Source: Peribolospora baueri
Taxonomy: Eukaryota
Length of the DNA stretch: 64,000 nucleotides
Assembly (NCBI GenBank): GCA_029717555.1
Contig: JAMDHS010000018.1
Span: forward strand, 124,001 to 188,000
Reading direction: 5' to 3'
Both the position numbers and the translations under genes were made by a program. Below the pieces are notes generated by a model. The model did not search any database and was not told the DNA's origin. It was given only the letters and a program-made list of their open reading frames with translations. Of this stretch, positions 23,763-37,259 are shown piece by piece (within the stretch, counting starts at the first letter, position 1; every line of letters starts with the position of its first letter).

Positions 23763-25620
23763 TGGTTGGTTGGTTAGTTGTTCTGTTTAAAGTCCATATA
23801 TACAGGCCGGTTTCGGCCTAAAGGGACTCCCCCACCTCCCACCTGCCAAAACGGAGGGGAAGGCAACTGGATGCTGGCGGTAACATGCACATCCAAAGCG
23901 GGGTGAGTGAGCGATCGGCTACAAAGGTGGCGTGGTGCCGGCGTACCTAGCTGCCGTCCATCCCGTGGCGCTATCCAAGCCTTCCAAGAGCTCCCTCTCG
24001 TGTTGGCGCTTGGCGCGGCGGATGGCAGTCTTGAGGCGTCGATGCGCGACACGCAGCTCCTCGCGCGCTGCCACTTCGTACGCGGAGCCAGGCTCGAGGT
24101 GACGGAGGATGCGTTTGCACCGCTTGACTTCGCGGACGAGGGGGTTGAGCGTATCCGGATCCCACCATCGTTTAGAGTAAGCCGACCATCCTTTCTTGGG
24201 GACGTGCGCGTTGCCCGCGGTCTTCACCTCCTCCTTCCCAGCCTCAATACATAGAACAGAGGCGGGTCGGCTGTGACGGCAATCGCCCGACGAGCAGCCC
24301 TGGTTGTCGGCGCAGACACACTGGCGGAGCAAGTGGAAAGATGAGGCGCATCTGGTGCAGCGGGGAGTAACTGTACAGTGGACGGTCGTAAGAGCCACAC
24401 CGATAGCACTGGCGAACCGTCTGCCTCGCCTTCTCGACCACCTTCATTTCGCTCTCGACCGCGAGCCCGTGCAAGATAGCCCGGTTGGCCATCTCTTTGG
24501 TGCCGACGAGGACAATTAGGCTTGTCCTTGCGCGGGCGTTGGGGCCTTTGGCTCTAGTGGGAACTGCCCATCGTGCCTTGATGATGTCCCTCCTTGTAAG
24601 GCCATTGTCGGCCGCGAACTCGTCCAGGCACTCTTCGCTCTCTGGGACAAAAGTCGTCGGGACGTTGTGGATGATGACCGGGTAGAGACGGGTCTTCAGC
24701 TGGAGGTGTTCGCTGAGGTGCCCTACCCAGGCCTGGTCGGTTGAGAGGCGAGCGGCGTCCTCTTCCTTGAGGAGGTGGACGGCAATCTCTTTCGATTGAG
24801 GGCGGATCGAGAATGCAGAGATTGGAATGTCCTCTCCCCCGGTGGACTTTATCGACGACTGAATACGGTCTCTGAGCATGGTGGGAGCGAGGTCGACAAG
24901 GTCGGGTTTGCCGGGATGGCGTTGCGCCAGGATGATCGTAGGGAATGAGGTGCGGAGGGTCGTGGATTCCGTGGTGGACGTGTAGAAAGAGTACCCGCTC
25001 TTAGCAGCGTCCCCGTACGACCTTTCGCTCTTGCAGGAGGGCGTTCTCGAGCCGCCGTTGTCCTGTGGAGACGCATCGCTTCCTGTGCGCGGGCCACTCT
25101 GCTAGCGATGGTGTCCTTGACCCGGCTCATCTGGGTGTCAAGCTGTTCCAGCTTGAGCAGCATAGTTTTAAGGCCTGCCTGGATGGCTGCCGTCCTGTCG
25201 GCTGTGGCCGAATGAGCAGCTGCGACGATGGCGATCTGGTCGAGGAGCAAGTTGAGGTCGATGAGGGTCGCCTCTTCGACAGTTGCTTCCGCGTTGGCAG
25301 TCTTTTTAGATCTCTCCAAAACGGGCTGGAGGATCTGAACCGCGGTCAGGGCTAGTAAGCCAATGTCGTTGGGGTCTTGGACAAGGTGGCGCACCCTGGT
25401 GCTGGGGGTCTGAGATAAGACTGACGGGTTGGGGGCAGGGGTGGGAGTGACCTCGCGTGCTGGGCGCGCTCGCAATGAGGTCGAGATTTTCGTCGGTGCC
25501 CCGCGTAATGGCCTGGGGGCGAGGCGCTGTGGTGGCTTTGGGGGGCATACAGATGGGGCTGGGGGTCGATAGAGAGGGATAAGACGACACAGAGCTTATG
25601 GTGGGGGTCAAGCTGATGGT
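23683..25620 (-). mobile_element. Degenerate, internally deleted Tad1-like LINE: ORF1 (gag-like), fragment of ORF2, 3' UTR, (AATC)n tail
   Basis: ORF1 from ATG ~25548 with frameshifts, YPVIIHNVPT, SLIV, ANRAI..G, QCYRC and further Cys/His knuckles. ORF2 linker WWDP..L...TAIRRAKRQH...W.AARY. (GATT)n at ~23684-23760. The 5' boundary is approximate. Confidence 0.85.
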
Positions 25621-25844
25621 GGTCGTCGCAAGTGATGTAAGTCCACGGCAAGATTCGATCATCGCCGCAGCGCATCGGAGACGCCGACACCGTTCGTCGT
25701 CCCTCGACCTCTCCACTCTCCCCGGGCTGGGCCTTCTCCTTGTCTTCGCTCTCTTCGTCTTCCCGTGAGTCGAGACTCGCATCGGTCGGCACGTGGTCAT
25801 ATCGTCAGAGCAAAGCAAAGTGCGACCCGGTTCACGACGATTTC

Positions 25845-27598
25845 ATGATCCTCAAGAAGGTCACTGTGACGCTCGTCCGTCACGGTGAGAGCACGGACAA
25901 TCTTAAGCAGGTTTGTGAGTTTGAGTCGTCGAGGAGCGGTACATGCATAGGCATTGGGATGAGGGGATAATACGGGCCACGATGGGCGATGGCGCAGAAA
26001 GGAGAGCGGGGAGGCGGGGCTTCTCGTCTGGCGTCGCGCATGTTGCTTAACGCTGCTCCTCTTTCTATTTCCTCCGGCAGGGGCAGGTTGGAAGGACTCT
26101 CCGCTCTCTAACCATGGTGAATGACCCCGCGCGCTCCGTCTTTCAGCGCACGAGGAGAAGAATGGTTTTGATCTGACTCGATTTGTCGTCCTTTGCGCTC
26201 TGTGTCTTCAAACACCCCATCGGCCAACGTTAGGCATGAACGTGAGATATGCTCGACCTTCCCTTCTCTGCGGCGAAGCGCCCCCCGCGAGCCATCCTCA
26301 TCCCTCCCACTTGCCAATGTGGACTTTTGTGTATGCAGCAAGCTAAAGCCGTAGGCAAGTACTTTGCGAACACTCCCATCACCGCAATTTATGCTTCGGA
26401 CCTGAAACGAGCTGCTTGGACCGCCGCTTCGATACATGAGGTGAGGCGTTGGCGGGACGCATTGGAATCGGCAGCGCCTGACTCCTCGTGGCATGCTGTC
26501 GTCCTCCCTTCTCACTCGTTCTCTCCCACCCTCCCTTGTCGTCTCCTCTGCGTCAGTCTAACCGATTCAACCCGTCGTTAACCTATACCCCGCTATTGCG
26601 AGAGCAAAACTTTGGTGACGCGGAGGGCAAAGACTTTCTCTCAGCTGGTGGGCGGGAGGCTCCTTTCTTTATTTTCTCATGCGATACGTCCGTGTTGTAT
26701 ATTTGAACGCATAGACTGCTCATGCCTTTCTTCGCGCACCTCTCTTTTTTCCGCAGAATGGGCGAACCCAGCTTGGGAAGACGCACGACAACACCGCTTT
26801 CTGAACGGAGAGTCGCTCGAAGATGTCAACCAGCGGGTCACTCAAGCGATAAAGACGTTTGTAATGCCTCACGTGGAACGTCTGCGAACCGGATCTTCTC
26901 CCGCCGCCACAGCCAAGGACGCGGACGGGGAAGAGCATATAGTTATGGTGGCTCACGGCATTGCCATTGCAGAGCTCCTCCGCGCCTTCATGTCTATGTA
27001 CATGCCAGCGTCGGTTGCTCAGCGGGTAAGCATCGAGGACCCTTGGGGAGACCCGTGGAAAAAGTATGCCCGCGCGAGCTTGCAGAACACCGCTTGGAAC
27101 AGGATCGAGATCGGCGTCGTCGCTGCCGACTCAGCGGCAGACGGGGAGCGCAGAATGGATACAGGAACGATGGCGGGGGCAACGACCATGCCAGCCCAGC
27201 CACCACCATCACTGCCTTCCACGACGAACGCCGTGGAGAAGCCGGCCGACGAGGACAAGGACCAAGGGCAGATCCAGGAGGAGGTCGTCGAGTCCGTCGC
27301 CGCCATCTCTGAGAGCACCAACGGCAGCAGTAACTCCTCTCCATCCGCCTCTGTCGCCTCTCCCTCGCCTTCGCCTTCTTCTGCCCTGACCGCAGCGAGC
27401 CTCACCCCAACAGCGCCCATAGAGCCCTTGTTCATCCGCATCGTCGCCCAGAACCAGCACGAGCACCTCCACGGCCTGATGAGGCAGAAGGGAGGCATCG
27501 GAAGCTCGCTGTTCGACAAGAGGCAGAGGTCCATCCGCGAGTTCCTCGGAGGAGGCGGCGGGGAAGCGGGCGGGAGAGGCGGAAGTGCGCGGAGTTAG
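25845..27598 (+). CDS. Histidine phosphatase / phosphoglycerate-mutase family protein, 6 exons
   Basis: LVRHGESTDN..W/AGWKDSPLSNHG/MN/QA..IYASDLKRA../LREQNFGDAEG../GESL..IVMVAHG..N.A. Confidence 0.9.
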
Positions 27599-28173
27599 TT
27601 GGGAGCAGCCACGAGATTTGACCTGACCTGACCTAACCTGACGAAGGAAAGCGTGTCCGATTCGATTCGCAGCCTGACGTCCTGGCTAAGGGAACTTAGT
27701 TGGCTAGAGGTTCGCTTCCTTACTCCTTCCCCCACCCCTCACGTTTTCCGTCGTACGGTCGGTCACCTCTCCTCTTATCTTCTCCTTCCACCGGCAATCT
27801 CTTGAGCTGCTCTCCATCCTCGTCCTCGTCATCGTTACCGGAACGGTAGGCACCGTCTATATATGTCTATATATATATGTCCGCATGTTATGCGTCCTTA
27901 TGAAATTGATGAATTTAACCTTTTTTTGGACGGCCGGTTCGAAAATTCGATTTTCCCTTCGTGACAACGCTAAAAAAATTGGCACGTCTCATATTGCGGC
28001 GAGAACGCTCTACAGAAGCGTTGTAGGAGCGTAGTTAAAAATACATGGGGCGGGAGGGAAGCTCAGAAGAGGTATGAGTGAGGAGCGGATTCCATACGTT
28101 AGAAGGCGCAGGGGGCGGGGGCATGCGAGGACGGAGGACGAGGTAAGGCAGGCATGCGGGTCCCGCAGATCGA

Positions 28174-29451
<1,278 letters not shown>

Positions 29452-30935
29452 GGAATATGTATATGAGTCTAAGAAGTCTAGACGTCTATAGATGTAAGGG
29501 AAGTCGGTCTATGAAGAGATGTCTGGGAATATGGCAACCAGGAGGGGTGGTGGTAGGAAGAACGAGCCTCACTCGACCCTGGCTTGGGTATATATCCCCT
29601 TGCCCACCCTGGACGACATCGTTCTTCGGGTGACTGGCCCCGTACCAAAGAGGAGCTTCGGAGCGCCATGAGAGAGAGCAGAGGAGCAAAAATGATGACC
29701 AAGGGGGGGTCGAAGACGAGGTGGTTGACAAAACAGGAAGGTCGCCCGGACCGGGTCTTGGAAGGAGCGGACCTTTAGGCGGCCATATTTGGCATGACGA
29801 CAGTCTGCAGCAAGGACCAGCGGCTCCTCCTGTCTAAGAGAGGATGCACGTGTGGATATTAGATATTGAGAAGGGAAAACATGGGCTTAGAATTGGAAAG
29901 CAGCTGGAGTAGCACTGGTTGAGGTATGGGCAGGTGAGTCCTGGTGTTGATCTATTGGAGGGCGGGTGGTCCCGAATGGGGTTCTGAACGAGATTGCCTT
30001 CCCGAAAAGGAAGGTGCTCGTAGAGGGCTCGAGCAACACTGGCTATTGGAGACGTCGACTTATACTCTTTTGTATAGTCAGCAGTCGCAGTGGACGAGGG
30101 CTGGACGAACGAATTTCTTATGGTCCACTCCGAAGGGTCGGAAGGAACTTTGATGGACTGGCGGCCACAATCAGTCAGTCAATCAACCGCTCGAACCGAG
30201 CATCGTCCATTTCTCATCCCAAGCGAGCTGCACTCGCCCTCTGGAGCAACTCCGAGCGAGGGAAGAGACAATGCGCCGAGGGCGGGGGGAACGCACAGAG
30301 ATAGAATCTTTCGGCGCAAAGCCAAGCAAGATTGTCGCGTCTGTTGCGGGCGCCTCTGCTTGGCTGCGCAGGTGAAGAGAGATAAAGCCGAGATCGGACG
30401 TCATATCAGCGGAAACGTCTCACAAGCTTCCAGCTACGGAAAAGTAGCGCTGAGCAAGATGGCCAGCAAGTGGGCAGGTCAGCAGTCTGTCCACCACTAC
30501 GGATGTACGATGGAACGAGATGGAGCGACGGGGATCGCCAGCGGTATCGATCCGGTCCGGCTCGTGCCGGATCGGGCGGCGCCGGCGGCCTAAGCACGGC
30601 TGCGGCAAGCAGGCCTTCCGTTTACGTCGTCCCCGCGCGCGTCCTTGCGGCAAGGCAAGAAGAGCGAGGGCGGGACCAGGACCGAAGAAAGGACGACGGC
30701 CAGGTCGGCGCACCGCGGCACGTGCAGGAGGATGGCGGCGTGAGAACTTCGCCGTTGCCGCAGCAACCGTGTTTCGTCACCACCATCTGCAATCGACTCC
30801 ACTCCGCTCATCCTTCTCCGCATCCAACCCGACGACATTCTACCAGCCATTCAGCCATCTCGTCACCTTGTGTGTAGTCGAGCCGAGTCGGGCCGAGCCG
30901 AGGCCGCGTCGAGGCGTGGAACAGAGCCGATTGCT

Positions 30936-33900
30936 ATGTACATATATGACGAGGAACGAGAACAGATGGCGCTTGAGGAGCATCGTCGGCTTGGCCAGGC
31001 GCAGAACGGTGACCGTGACGGTGACGACGACGACGATTACGACGACGACGACACCCAGGGCCCCTTCTGCCTGTGTCGCGGGCCGGATGATAAGGAGTCG
31101 CCCATGATTTTCTGTGATGGTTGCGAGGACTGGTGAGCGTTTGTTATCCTCCCTTTTCTTTCTCTAAGGGGGACGGGACCTTGGTCTCTTCCCCCTCTTC
31201 CTTTGCAAGCCTGCGCGTGAGTGTGGGCGTGTCTTTCCCCGTGCGGCCGGCAGACCTGTCCTGACGATGTTTGTCCGTTCCTCGCTCCCAGGTTCCACTT
31301 TCGATGCATCGATCTCTCCGAAGAAGATGCGGAGACGATCGGACAGTATTACTGCCCCAATTGCACCGCGAGGACCGGGCTGAGGACCAAGAGTGAGTGT
31401 GGATGCGTTGCCAGTGGCCCGAGGGAAATTATTCGGGTGCTGATCAGACCATGCCGCTATTCCTCACTTTCTTCAATCAATCAGAAATATGGGAACTACC
31501 GCCTTCGCAAGCTGGCTCGGACTTCGATGACGCGGACGACGAAAACAGAGAGGCTGCACCATCAGCAGCCGGAGAAGACACCGAGAAGATCAATAAAGGA
31601 AAAGCGCCGGCAGCCCGCAATGCGAGCAAGGGCGTCTTAAGGAAGAGTGCAGGGACGAGCACGGCGAAAAAGGGCGTCCAGAAGAAGGCCGCCGGAGTAG
31701 CCAAGACGGGAAAGGGGAGCAAAGGCCAACGGCGTGCGCGCTCTTCAACGCCTCCGGAGGATGAGGAAAGCTCGGAGATGGAGATAGAGGAGGACGCTGA
31801 TGATATCGATGATGAGGACTATGTGGAGAAGGAGGAGAACACTGCAAAGAACGTGAGTAGACGACGACTTCCGTCAAAGCAACCGCACTCCGATGCTGAT
31901 GCGGCCAACTCCCTTTTGTCGTACGTTTTGTGCTCCTTCTAGGCACTTCCTGCACCCTCGAAATCACCTACGATCCCGTCTCCAGCGCACGTCAGCAAGA
32001 AACCGCCATCAGCGACAAAGCGAAAAGCGTCCATTCCAGCTGACGACGCGTCACGGGGGAAGAACCGTCGGACCTCAATGAGCTCACGCACTTCGGCCTC
32101 GCCTCAACACGAGCGGGAGGGTCACGGCCAGAGTCAGGACAAAGGCGCCGGGAAGGCAGGGACGTCGGATTCGGCCCATGCCGACCCTGTGCGCACACAT
32201 TGCTTGGAGCAGTTCAAGACGACGCTTAGGGCCATTTTCGCTTCCAGCGACGCAACAACCCAGGCGGAGGGGGATAATTCTGTGGTGTCTGCCTCGGAAC
32301 AAGCAGCGTTAGAGTATGCCACTTCCTTGGAAAGCGCGTTGTTTGAGCTGCACTCGACCTTGGACGCGAAGACGCGGCGGCGCGTGCCGTCGCACTTCTA
32401 CAAGGAGAAGTTCCGCTCGCTCTTTTTCAACCTGCGGGACCGGAAGAACACATTACTGCGCACGCGTATTGTCTCCAACGGACTCTCTCCCTCTGCCCTC
32501 GCCAACGCATCCAGCGCCGATCTCGCCAACGAAACACTGCGCAACATGGCGGAGAGCGTTCGAAAGGCGAGCATGGCCGATTCGATTAGGGAAAAACAGA
32601 AGGGTCCGATCACCAAGATGACCCACAAGGGCATGGTGATGATTGAGGACGGTGCGATCACGGATGGCGGCGGCTCGACGAATAGGGAGACGGAGGCGGT
32701 GGCAGAGCCAATTGAGCCCATCATCCATGGACCCGTCAAGCGTGATTCCATCTCCGGTACTCTTCAGAAGAGCCCGATTACGCCATCGAGGGAGGATTCT
32801 CTTCAATCTCCCACTATAGGCTCAGAAATGCGGTTCTCGAGAGATGAATCGCTTGACCGTGGTGGCCGTGATTCGCCTCCGCAGGCTCACGGCCGAGAGG
32901 GAGGGCGTGTTGGCTCGATCAGTATGGATCAGCGGTCTCCGGCGGCGGCGACGCATAGGGCGTCTTTCGACCTGTCTTCAGTGTGGGCATCGGTTAAGGC
33001 TCATGCACCGGCGCACGAAGAGGTAGGAGAGGCGGGGGCAGAAGCGAAAGCAGAGGGAGAGGGAGGGCATGGCTCTGCTGGAGAAGCGGCAAGTCCAGAG
33101 GGTGATATGTCGGCGGCCGATATCGAAGAGAAAGAAGAGAAGGGGAATGTGGATGAGGAGTATGATCCTTTCGATTTCGAGGGCAAGGGTCGAGGGAGCG
33201 AGATGGACGACATGGACATCGACGACATCCTCAATCCAGATGCGGTCAAGTCTAACGCTGGGGAGCAGCCAGCTGATCAGGGCGACTCTGCCGCGCCTGC
33301 CGACGCCGATGTGGCAAAAACAGCTTGCGCTGGTGCTGAAGTACCGAAAGTCGCTGAGGCACTCGCCACATCCCCTCCGCTTCCCGTCATCTGGCGAGGC
33401 AAGATCAGTCTCCCAGACGAAGGGGCCTTCCCAGCACAGGTAACGCAGGTGGGCGGACGTCCGCTGGGCGAGGCTCCGGATATCTGGAAGCATTTTTTCC
33501 CCACGGACTCGCTCACCATCGAAGGACGCGTGCCTGTCGAGCGTTCGTCTGAGTATCTCGTCCAATCTAGACTGTCTTCCAAGACCGAGCTTGTCCTCCT
33601 CGCTATTCGTCTGTCCGACGACACCCGCGCTGACGATGACGCCGCAGCCGCTGCCGCGCGACGGCAGGGAATGGAAAAAGTGCTTCACTTTCTCAAACAC
33701 CGTTCCCGCTACGGCGTCTTCCTACCGCGAAAGGAGAGCAAGGCCACGGTGAAAGATTTCTATCTAGTGCCGCTGGAGGAGGAGGACCCTCTGCCGGAGT
33801 GGGTAGAACTTCTGGAGAACCATAAGGTGCTCGAGAAGGGGAGAAGGGTGGGGGCCATGTTCCTCGGGGTAGCTGTTTTGCATAAGACGGCGTTCCAGCC

Positions 33901-35071
33901 CAACCAATCCGCACAGCCGTCGTCGTCTGCGCCGGTGAGCAACGCGCCACCGTCGTCCAGCGGCCCAGCCAAGCCTGTCGTCCTCCCTCCGGGCCCTCCG
34001 CCCAAGCCGCCGACTTTCCCCGCCCCGACCGCCGCATCGATCGCTCCTCCCGCCGTACCGGGCTACACACCGTCATCGACATCGGCGCTTGCACAGTCGC
34101 AGTGGCATTCTCAACCTGGATCCTCTCTCCCACCGGCCACGACGATGCCAGCCGCACCGCCGAATCTTTCAGCTCTTCAAGAGCTGCTCAAGACCAACCC
34201 TGATGTCCTTAAGAGCCTTCTCAACACCTCTGGCGGCGGCACGGCTTCGACTGGCGACGGTCACGGCGCATCGGCGGCTCAGGGAACCACCCACAGTCTG
34301 GGACGATCGACCGCCCTACCGTCTGCGGCTGCGTCTGCGGCTGCCCCTGCTCCCCCGGGTGCCCCGCCCGCCTTACCACCCCAGCTCGCCGCCTTGGCGG
34401 CCACCCTGGCGGCCCAAGGTGGCGGCGCCTCGGGCGGGTATGACCCTCAGCAGCGGCCGCCAGCACAGCATGGATCCTATTCCCACCCGTCTTCACTCCT
34501 CGGCGGAGGACTGGGTTCTTCCTCCCCTTACACTGGCGCATCTTATGACAGTGGCACAGGCGGCGGCGGGTACGGTCCTACGGCTTCTTCCCAAAGCAAG
34601 GGAAGTGAGGGCGACCGTTTCGGTGCCGCCGGTGGCGCCGCGCGTGGTTGGACGAACGAGCGTGGCGGAGATGTGCTTGGCGAATGGCATCGACCGAACG
34701 GGGGGTCCTATGGTGGAGGTGGAGGGGAGTATGCGCCGGGGCCGCCGGGTCCACCTCCGGCAGCGCCCGGAGGGAGGGGATACGACTACGACTACGACTA
34801 CGACTACGACTATGGGCGCGGGCCCGGCCCTGGGCGGGACTATGGGTACGGTGGAGGCTACGGTGAGAGACGAAGGCCCAAATACGATGACGGGGCACCA
34901 CCACCACCTCCCCGGGACTACGATAGGGATGGTTATGCAGACGACGGCCGTGGGGGAGGAAGTGTTGGGGGCTTCAGGAGAAGCGGTGGAGGCGGGCGAA
35001 GCGCTAGGGGAGGGCTCCGTGGAAGGCGCGGGGGCGGTTTTCGCGGCCGAGGGAGGGGCAGAGGATATTGA
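30936..35071 (+). CDS. BYE1: BYE1/DIDO-like transcription factor (PHD finger, TFIIS central domain, SPOC domain, Pro/Gly/RGG tail), 4 exons
   Basis: PHD FCLCRGPD..MIFCDGCEDW/FHFRC..YYCPNC; TFIIS_M YKEKFRSLFFNLRD.KN..LR; KMTHKG; SPOC IW.G.I..QVGG..IEGRV..VKDFYLVPL. The start codon is uncertain. Confidence 0.88.
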
Positions 35072-35627
35072 AGTTTTCAAGGGCAAGCTGTTGGTCGTCC
35101 GAGGCAGGAAGGGGCGAGGGGTCGCATCTGTTCCTGCCTTGCCCTCTATTTGCTCGTCGCCTTCCATTCTATACTGTCCAGTTTGCTTCTCTTCCTCCCC
35201 CCATCGTTCCTCTACGGCGACATTCTCGCTGTTGTCTCCTCTCCCTCTTTTAGCAGTCATGTTTCGTCTGTGCTTTCGCCGACTCGCAGTCTCCACTTCC
35301 TCGCACGCAATGGGCCTCGCTGTTCGAATGTATTATCGCACGCACGCTCTCACTTCCTTTGAGCCCACGGCGACGATGCGCTCCTTCGCCTCGAACGACA
35401 CGCGCGGCCTCGTTCGCCTGCGCGATGGCTGCTGTGCGAGCAGACCGGTTTGGATGGCGTTCAGGAACTTGAACGGAGTAGTCCGGCTGGCGAGGCGTTC
35501 AGCACCAGCTAGTTGAGCGGGCGGGCGAGCGAGCGACAGAACAGAACACACCGACGAATACATCCTGATGTACATACAAATTCACACCGTCCGAGTCAGC
35601 CTCGGTCCATGACCCTGTTCAGAATGC

Positions 35628-36993
35628 TTTTGCAGGAACGCCTTGTTCCATCTCCCGACGGACGACCGCCTGCCCTTCTCTGAACTCTCTTCGAAGGGCA
35701 CCGTTGTGCCGGTTGGCTATGAGAATCCGATTGACCCCGTGCTTAGTGATACGATCCCAGAGCGTTGCGTGGCAGCGGCAGGCTGATGACGAGTGGGGAA
35801 CGGTTTCCTCTAGCCTTTGTATTCTCGTGCACCATCATCTCCATAAACCCAACTTACACTGTCCCCATGATCAAATATTGCACAGTTCGTGAAGTTACCA
35901 TTGCGCTGCTCGTGAGCATGTTTTGTTTCGGCCACGGAGGCAAGGGTAGCACGACTCGGAGAGGCCTCCATACTCTGTGATGCAGAAATGATCCGCCGGG
36001 AGTCATGAACTGGCGCTCATTGCATGTCCACATAACCATCAGTGCCTCACGTCGTACTGCGCCCTCATCCTGTGTGCCATCGCCATCGCACGGAGCAAGC
36101 AGCACTTCTGTGGCTACCCAGCAGACTTGGCCAGCGAGCTTGCGGCGAGCATATTCTGCCTCCTCTTCACCACCTTTGTCCTCTGCAAAGGACCCAGTAG
36201 CAGAATCATCATCGAACTTGCTGGGTGGTGGATTCAAGGGCTGTGGAACCTAGGTGGGCCCCCGGCTGACTTCACTCAGAAAGGCCCCTCTTTGTGCCTA
36301 CCTATCTGCACGTAGCTCGGTATCATCGAAGCTGATGAGATAAGGCGTGGATCCTTCGCTTCTATTGTGCCCACAGCGAATGCCATCTCGACGGCTGCTC
36401 TGATGGGTAGAGGTGCGTTCCAAAGTCCTTGCCCTGGAAAAGAGCAGAGGCGAATCAAGGGTGGAAGCTGATGTAAGGCGTGCGGGGGTTGCTCCCCACG
36501 TCATGTTACATGGCAGACGTTCACCATGGCATCCCCTGCCCGACGAAGCCATACTGGCCGCACCTTGAGTACTTCAAGTGAGTATGCCAACGCGAGGGAC
36601 GGAAATCAGTGATCGTCCTGCTTTTGGCGTCCAAGGCAATGCTGAATTTCATGTCACTCTTCTGTACACACGTTCCGTCCTTCGCTGCGAAGGGCTGTGG
36701 AAAAGGCATGTGAAGGGCTTGCATGGATAATGTTCATCATCCCTGCGATCTACACCATCGTCACAGCCACTTACATCCGCATGGAGCGCCGTGCAAGGAA
36801 GGGGGACATCGGGAACATGTTGGCGTTGCAGATCCATGGGATCGCACAGAACGTGGCTTGGCTAAGGACGAGGAGTTGGGAGATAGGCATGGCGACGATG
36901 GGGGAGAGACAGCGTATGGACCTAGCGAGGCAGTATGGCGCTGAGGTAAAGAAGCAAGAAGGGTTTCTCCCGCCTCTTCAGTCTGGGGCTTGA
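35628..36993 (+). pseudogene. Possible degenerate gene for an unknown membrane protein
   Basis: The last segment GCGKACEGLAWIMFIIPAIYTIVTATYIRMERRARK.. looks like a TM helix followed by basic residues. Upstream exons could not be assembled. Confidence 0.3.
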
Positions 36994-37259
36994 ACATGTG
37001 GGTGAGCTCCAGAAGAGGTCGTTTAGAGCGCGCCAGTGAGGTAATGAGCTCGACCGTTCAAGACGACCTGGACGCTGCCTCGCCGGCCAAGTGTAGGTGC
37101 AGGTGTACTGTACGATCAGGCTCGTTGTGTGTTGAACAGAGACAAGTGCATTCCGAACGTCGTGAGCACGACGTGATGACAAAACACCTTGGGTACATGT
37201 CTGGTAGACTAAATGGTATGAGCTCCTCTCGAGAATGAAAGCAGAGTCGCATCGTGTTC

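Noticed and set aside
27934..27950. GGTTCGAA as a tRNA T-loop/B-box
   Set aside because: No cloverleaf or A-box can be built around it.
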